Source: Octopus vulgaris (Eukaryota). From it: DNA of 64,000 bases. The stretch spans positions 60,140,001 through 60,204,000 of the forward strand of contig OX597827.1 of the NCBI GenBank assembly GCA_951406725.2, in the 5' to 3' direction. Position 1 is the stretch's first letter; every line of letters begins with the position of its first letter. The position numbers were made by a program, and so were the translations under genes. This document shows, in pieces, positions 57,689 through 64,000 of this stretch. The notes under the pieces are model-generated. The model did not search any database and was not told where the DNA came from. It saw only the letters and a list, made by a program, of their open reading frames with translations.

Positions 57689-58299
57689 TGTTTATATTTC
57701 CCACTTAATCTGGAACTTTCGAGTTGGGCACCGTAGGTTGCGTTAATCGCCATGGGGAACTATTTCGTATATACAGCAGACGAAATCTCATCAGAATTGG
57801 CGATGAGACTTTTGTATTAAGTGATTTCAGTGTAATTTGTGCTTCATCAGCAACGTATTGTGTACACGAGATGATTTCTGAAGACGCTTACCGCCGCCTA
57901 AGGCGTTCAAAAATAATACATCCAATTTATGTTAGATGTGCAAATTAATATTCATCACAAAAGCTGTTTTCGTCGGTAATAGCTAATTTATACACAGCCC
58001 ACTAGCTTTTGCGACATCACTTATTGTTTAGTCTGTTATAAACTATATGGATTTGATGGATTTTCGATTTGGCATTCGATGGTAAAAGTAGGGCACCTGT
58101 TGCTGATGAAGGCAAATTATGTTGAAATCCCGTGATAAAAAATTCCCATCCACCGATATAAACAGTGCATTTTTTGGTACATAACGTCGTAACGCGATGG
58201 TTTCTCAGGATGATTGTCACAGACAAACGCGTACAAGTTGGATTCGCAAATTAATATTCGTTACAAACGCTTACTTCTGTCACCATTAATATACATATA

Positions 58300-58525
58300 T
58301 TTCTTTATTACCCACAAGGGGCTAAACACAGAGGGGACAAACAAGGACAGACATAGGTATTAAGTCGATTACATCGACCCCAGTGCGTAACTGGTACTTA
58401 ATTTATCCCGAAAGGATGAAAGGCAAAGTCGACCTCGGCGGAATTTGAACTCACAACGTAACGCAGACGAAATACCGCTAAGCATTTCGCCCGGCGTGCT
58501 AACGTTTCTGCCAGCTCGCCGCCTT
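58300..58525 (-). mobile_element. SINE B, full length, Tx1-like tail
   Basis: Near-identical to the reverse complement of 26163-26395. Confidence 0.9.
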
Positions 58526-58542
58526 AATATACAGATGCATTC

Positions 58543-58573
<31 letters not shown>

Positions 58574-58848
58574 CATACATACTCAGTACATGGATACATA
58601 TATACATACATATACACACACACACAGGCGTACGAGCTTATATAAATACATACATACGTACATAATACAGACAGACATACATACATACATACCCAAAGCC
58701 CAGACCAATGTCGAATGTTAGAGTGAATCACCTCACCACAACCTTACAAGCGACATACAAGCTTGTGAAATAACATACAAGCGACATTTAAAATACTTTT
58801 TCGGTTTTTTCGCTGTACGTTATGCTTCACTGTATTGGAAGTCTTCTG

Positions 58849-58920
<72 letters not shown>

Positions 58921-59218
58921 TCTCACTCTCTCTCTCTTTCTATCGTTCTTTTTCTCTCTCTTTCTTTCTTTCTTTCTTTCTCTCTCTTTCTCTCTTTTAA
59001 TCTATTCCTCTATCACTCACTTTTTTTCTCTCTCTATCTCCCTTTCTCCCTAGCTATCTATCTATCTGTTTGCCGACACACACGCATAAATAAGCACACG
59101 CACGTACATCCACACACACACACACACACACATGGAGAGAGAGAGGGAGAGAGAGAACGATAAAGGAAAACAGTAGAATACATTTATGGTCAAGGTAGTT
59201 TGCATTTCAATTATAGAG

Positions 59219-59313
<95 letters not shown>

Positions 59314-60056
59314 CTAATTATAACGTTTCAATTTTTTATTTCCATCAAGCATGAGCAACCTTTTTCGAAAGACGGTCCGCATGAGACATGGCTCATCATC
59401 AGGTGGGACGCAACGTGAGTAAGTATGTATATGCATCTCCCGCAATAATGTAACATGATTTCGCACTAACGAAAACTGTTATGCACGACTAATAATTTCG
59501 GGATACGGTCTGAAATTTCGTTCTTGCGAAAACTCATATAAACTCTTAGATTTTAAAAACAAGACTTTCTTTTTATCTCAAATGCCGCTTCTCGGCATTT
59601 TAGCTAAGACCAAAGTAGTTAATTTGAAATACTCTAATCACGGTACTTACATACTCACCTACGTACACGCACACACATGCACAAACGTTGGCACACACTG
59701 CTCTCCTAAACTGAAATGCAAATTTTTCGAGGCCAAAAAATATGTTCCTTTTCGTAAGTTAGCAGTCGCCTCTGCTGGAAATAAAGTAGAACAATGACTG
59801 TTCTGAAGACGGTTATTGAGGCAGAAACATGTTTCCATAACTCAGTCCTTTTTCTAAAGCAACAGTCCTTTTTTTTTAAAGCATGACAATTTCAGAGGAC
59901 ACTTGATTCTTGTTATTACCGCCAAATCCCACAAATGTTATAAATAGCACTAATCTTGCTCTCCCTCAAGAAAAAGAAGAGAAGTTTTGTATGTTCTATG
60001 GAGTGTTGCATTGTGTAGTGGCATGCAGTATGGGTTAGGTTGTAGTACAGTGACTG

Positions 60057-60471
60057 AGGCGGTGAGCTGGCAGAAACGTTAGCGCGCCGTGCGAAATGTT
60101 TAGCGATATTTCGTCTGCCGTTACGTTCTGAGTTCAAATTCCGCCGAGGTCGACTTTGCCTTTCATCCATTCGGGGTCGATAAATTAAGTACCAGTTACG
60201 CACTGGGGTCGATATAATCGACTTAATCCGTTTGTCTGTCCTTGTTTGTCCTCTCTGTGTTTAGCCCCTTGTGGGTAGTAAAGAAATAGGTAGTTCGTCT
60301 ACCGTTACGTTCTGAGTTCAAATTCCGCCGAGGTCGACTTTACCTTTCATCCATTCGGGGTCGATAAATTAAGTACCAGTTACGCACTGGAGTCGATGTA
60401 ATCGATTTAATCTCTTTGTCTGTCCTTGTTTGTCCCCTCTAGGTTTAGCCCCTTGTGGGCAATAAAGAAAT
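60057..60471 (+). mobile_element. SINE B dimer with a TSD of about 10 bp
   Basis: ACAGTGACTG and ACAATGACTG flank the dimer. An empty-site paralog lies at about 63118. Confidence 0.9.
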
Positions 60472-60844
60472 AACAATGACTGTGGTATGAGCTGTGTTGT
60501 TTCGTTGTATCGTTCAATGTGTTGCTGTGTGAACTAAATGTGTTTGTAAGTATTTATTTACGGTTGCTCTATGGTCTGATCTTGATGTGTGTCTGTTGTA
60601 TAGGTGCGTGCGGGAGGGCGGGGTTGTGTCTATACTATTTTAATAACAAGGCAATTACCATTCGAAACTAGTCGAGCTGTTCTGAGTTTCAAACAGTAGA
60701 ATAAATCTTGTAGTTTAAGCACATTGTTTACATAGTAAGGCTGAAATTTATCAAACATACGAATGCGAAATTATTCATGTAAGACATCCACGTACGCGTG
60801 TGCTACCTCGCTAATTAAGTTATTATATTTTATAATATATGTTA

Positions 60845-61058
60845 GGGCACCGAGCTGGCAGAAACGTAAGCTCGCCGGGTGAAATGCTCCGCGGTATTTT
60901 GTCTGCCGCTACATTCTGAGTTCAAATTCCGCCGAGGTCGACTTTGCCTTTTATCATTTCGGGATCGAGAAATTAAGTACCAGTTGCGTAATGGGGTCGA
61001 TCTAATCGACTGGCTCCCTCTCCCAAAATTTCGGGCCTTGTGCCTAGAGTAGAAAAGA
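60845..61058 (+). mobile_element. SINE B, full length, alternative tail
   Basis: Same tail as 1406-1622 and 51720-51760. Confidence 0.88.
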
Positions 61059-61245
61059 TTATATAATATATATTTGGGTTTGTATACGTATGTATGCATG
61101 TAATATGTTTGTACGTACGCACACATGCATGTATGCACGAACGTAAATGTATGTAGCTATGTATGAGTGTGGATGGATGGATAGATAGATAGATAGATAG
61201 ATATGGGTGGATTCGTGAGAGAGCATGTCTCCGTGCGTGCGCGTG

Positions 61246-61282
<37 letters not shown>

Positions 61283-61789
61283 CATGAACGAATGATTTGT
61301 TTTGAAATTTGCTTCTTTTTTGTTTTGTTTTGTTTCTGTTTTTATTTTGCTTTGTTTGGTTTTGTTTTTTCGGGGTTCTTTTTACGTATGAATCTCGAAC
61401 AAGAGATGGTTGGGTGAGGAGGCTAAAAAGTTTCCCTTACACTCAAGAATCCCAGCCCCTTTTCCACCCAACACCCTCAGAAAAGAAAAACAAATAAACA
61501 AGGAGAGAGACAACTTATACGTAAATACTAAAGAACCTAAATTTGATGAACAGAAGGAATTTTGGTAGAGAAGAGATGAAAACCAAAAGACAGAAGCTTA
61601 AGAACAGTGAAGGTGAGTGGTTCGGTGCATGATGTAGACTGTGTCGTACGGTATGTGTGTGGTATGGTATGTGAGAAATATGATATGTGGGAGGTACGGT
61701 ACGTGAGAGGTATGATACATGAGAGGTACGGTATATGTGAGGTACGGTGTATGGTACGTGCTGTTCAAGGTAAGACTTTAAACTACATC

Positions 61790-62665
61790 CAGTGGTGAGG
61801 TCCTAGTTCGGGAGTTCCGGGATGTTGAGGTGTGCGGAATCACCTCTTAGCCACTATTGTTTTCAGATCTGTTCTGACCCGGAGCAGTAACACCTATCAG
61901 GGTTCCCAGCTAAGGGGTTAATTAGCAAGCCAGTTGCGTAGAAGGAGTTCGTTAGCCTGAGTAGGTGGTGGGTGGCAAGCCATTCTAGGGAAAATAAAAC
62001 TCTGATTCTAAGAATGCGTTGCCTTGCGGCCATACATAGTCTTCGAGAGAAAAACCTGAGGAAAAACCAGGTGTAGGAACCCCTAAGAGAGTTCGATGTT
62101 GTCTACTACCTCGTTCTGGCAACTACCTCGGCAACGCTCGTGCCGAACTGTAAGGGCCAGGCTGTAACTTTGGAGCCTTTAATGACGTAAAATTGGTGGA
62201 GATACACCGGCTTGAGCAACAACTTGTACTCCATAGTATACTGTACAGGTTTGGATCCTATGAAAAGCTATGTATTGGGGAGACTGATGGATGCAGCAAA
62301 TTAAAAGGTGGAACTGTGGGAAACAACGCTACAACTCAAACAGCACCGAGACAGCCCCACAAATGTGGCTTGTGTGGCGGAGACAACCATTCGCAGAGGA
62401 AACACGCTTCGTGGGCAATAACCCGTTCTCCATAGCATACTGTTCAGAGTTGGCCGTTATTAAAATCCCTATATCGGAGAAGCTGATGAATTCAGCGGTG
62501 GATCCGCACGAAACAACACTACAACTCAAATAGCACTGAGACAGTCCCACAAAAATGATCTGTGTGACAGATACTACCATCGCATATCGGACTGTTCAAC
62601 CACTGACAGCGTTGTCCCAGGGGTGAAAATACCCATGATCATTAGCGACAGACGGAGGTCACATC
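61790..62665 (+). mobile_element. Bipartite non-autonomous RTE-clade element: 5' UTR, C-terminal zinc-finger remnant and 3' end
   Basis: RTE-like 5' UTR blocks AAAACTCTGATTC and GCCTTGCGGCCATAC. Remnants HKCGLCGGDNHS and HKNDLCDRYYHR/IGLFNH*QRC resemble the RTE C-terminal C2H2 motif. Ends CATGATCATTAGCGACAGACGGAGG. Confidence 0.7.
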
Positions 62666-62689
62666 ATGCGGCTGTAGTATGTAGCATGA

Positions 62690-63005
62690 CACTCACTAGT
62701 TAGAAGGTCGTGGTCACAATCATGAGGAAGTGAGTTCGGTTCCCGGACCGGGCTATGTGTTGTGTTCTTGAGCAAGATACTTTATTTCACGTTGCTCGAG
62801 TGCATTCAGCCGTAGAAATGAGTTGTGACGTCACTGGTGCAAAGCTTTTGCCTTTCTCTTTCCCATAGATGATATTGGTGGCGTGGGTAGGAGAGGTCGG
62901 TGTGCGTGGGCGACAACTTGTCCTCCATAAACAACCTTGTCCGGACTTGTGCCTTGGATGAAAACTTTTTAGGTGCAATCCCAAGTCACTCATGACCAAA
63001 AAGGG
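62690..63005 (+). mobile_element. SINE D
   Basis: Homology to 10502-10828. Confidence 0.85.
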
Positions 63006-63057
63006 TCTTAGAGTATGCAGCATGACGCGTGGTATGAGATATAGTGTGTGTGTGGTA

Positions 63058-63285
63058 CTGTATGTTCTATGGAGTGCTGCATGGTGTTATAGTATGCAGT
63101 ATGGGCCAGGCTGTAGTACAATGACTGTGGTATGAACTGTGTTGTTTCGTTGTGTTGTCTGATGTGTTGCAGTGTGGACCAAATGTGTTTGCATGTATTT
63201 ATTCACGGTTGCTGTATGTGTGGTCTGAGCTTGAAGTGTGTTTGTTGTATAGGTGCGTGCGGTGGGGGGGGTGTTGTGCCTATGA
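63058..63285. repeat. Dispersed repeat of about 225 bp; paralog at 59988-60632 is interrupted by a SINE B dimer
   Basis: Shared GTATGTTCTATGGAGTG, GACTGTGGTATGA and TGTTGTATAGGTGCGTGCGG. Confidence 0.85.
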
Positions 63286-63643
63286 ATGATTGTTGGTGAA
63301 CGGTGGCGTATGGGAATGAGGGAAGGTAGTTTGGGTAAAAGATGAATGAGAAATTGAGTGGGCCAGGAAGGTGAAGAGTAATGGTGGGTAGAAAGACAGG
63401 GAGGGTTGGAAGTTAGACAGTGTGGTGCTGGTGGTGGTGGTGGTGGTGGTGGTGGTGGTGGTGGTGTTGGTGGTGGTGCTGGTGCTGGTGGGGAAGTGAA
63501 AGGTGAGTGTCAGAGAAGATAAATGAGAAAGCGGCGACTAAATTGTATGTGTACATACGCATAGAATATATGTGTGTGTGTGTATATTTGTGTGTATGTG
63601 TGTGAGCGCGCATGTGTGTGTGTGTCTCTCTATGAATGTGTGA

Positions 63644-63697
<54 letters not shown>

Positions 63698-63792
63698 ATG
63701 CATGTATCTATATGCATGTATGTGTGTGCGCGAGTGCACATAAAATAACTTCATAGACAGACACAAATTGATAAAGGGAGATAGAAAGAGTG

Positions 63793-63851
<59 letters not shown>

Positions 63852-63886
63852 TGTATGTATGTATGCACACATGCATACATACAGTC

Positions 63887-63973
<87 letters not shown>

Positions 63974-64000
63974 CAGATAGACAGATAGATAGATAGATAG

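Noticed and set aside
57750-57915. Hammerhead-like boxes: CUGAUGA...GAAA on the minus strand (57755-57797) and CTGAAGA plus hairpin at 57878
   Set aside because: The first has no stem I pairing and a competing hairpin; the second lacks the GAAA box.

Overview
Eukaryotic, AT-rich, repeat-saturated intronic or intergenic DNA. The microsatellite load and SINE families resemble Octopus (coleoid cephalopod); this is inferred from recalled repeat sequences, not from a search. No intact host gene can be supported, and nearly all listed ORFs are translated (TA)n/(CA)n/(CATA)n/(GATA)n/triplet repeats. The recognisable content is mobile DNA: a Tc1 DD34E transposase pseudogene with an IR/DR end (15.7-17.0 kb), a deleted Tc1 with both TIRs (39.6-40.1 kb), a maT DD37D pseudogene (56.3-57.4 kb), stacked R4/Dong RLE-type LINE fragments in (TAA)n tracts (24-28.7 kb), L1/Tx1-like 3' ends, a bipartite RTE remnant (61.8-62.7 kb) and dozens of tRNA-derived SINE copies from about five modular families. 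The most notable signals are: (i) several type-I hammerhead-ribozyme-like motifs in short AT-rich Penelope/retrozyme-like elements, two of them tied to long fold-back palindromes; (ii) a SINE whose tail matches the Tx1-like LINE 3' end and which repeatedly lands in its own head; (iii) SINE-internal microsatellites used as landing pads; (iv) perfect inverted duplications bounded by (TA)n. Repeat boundaries are approximate unless stated as exact.
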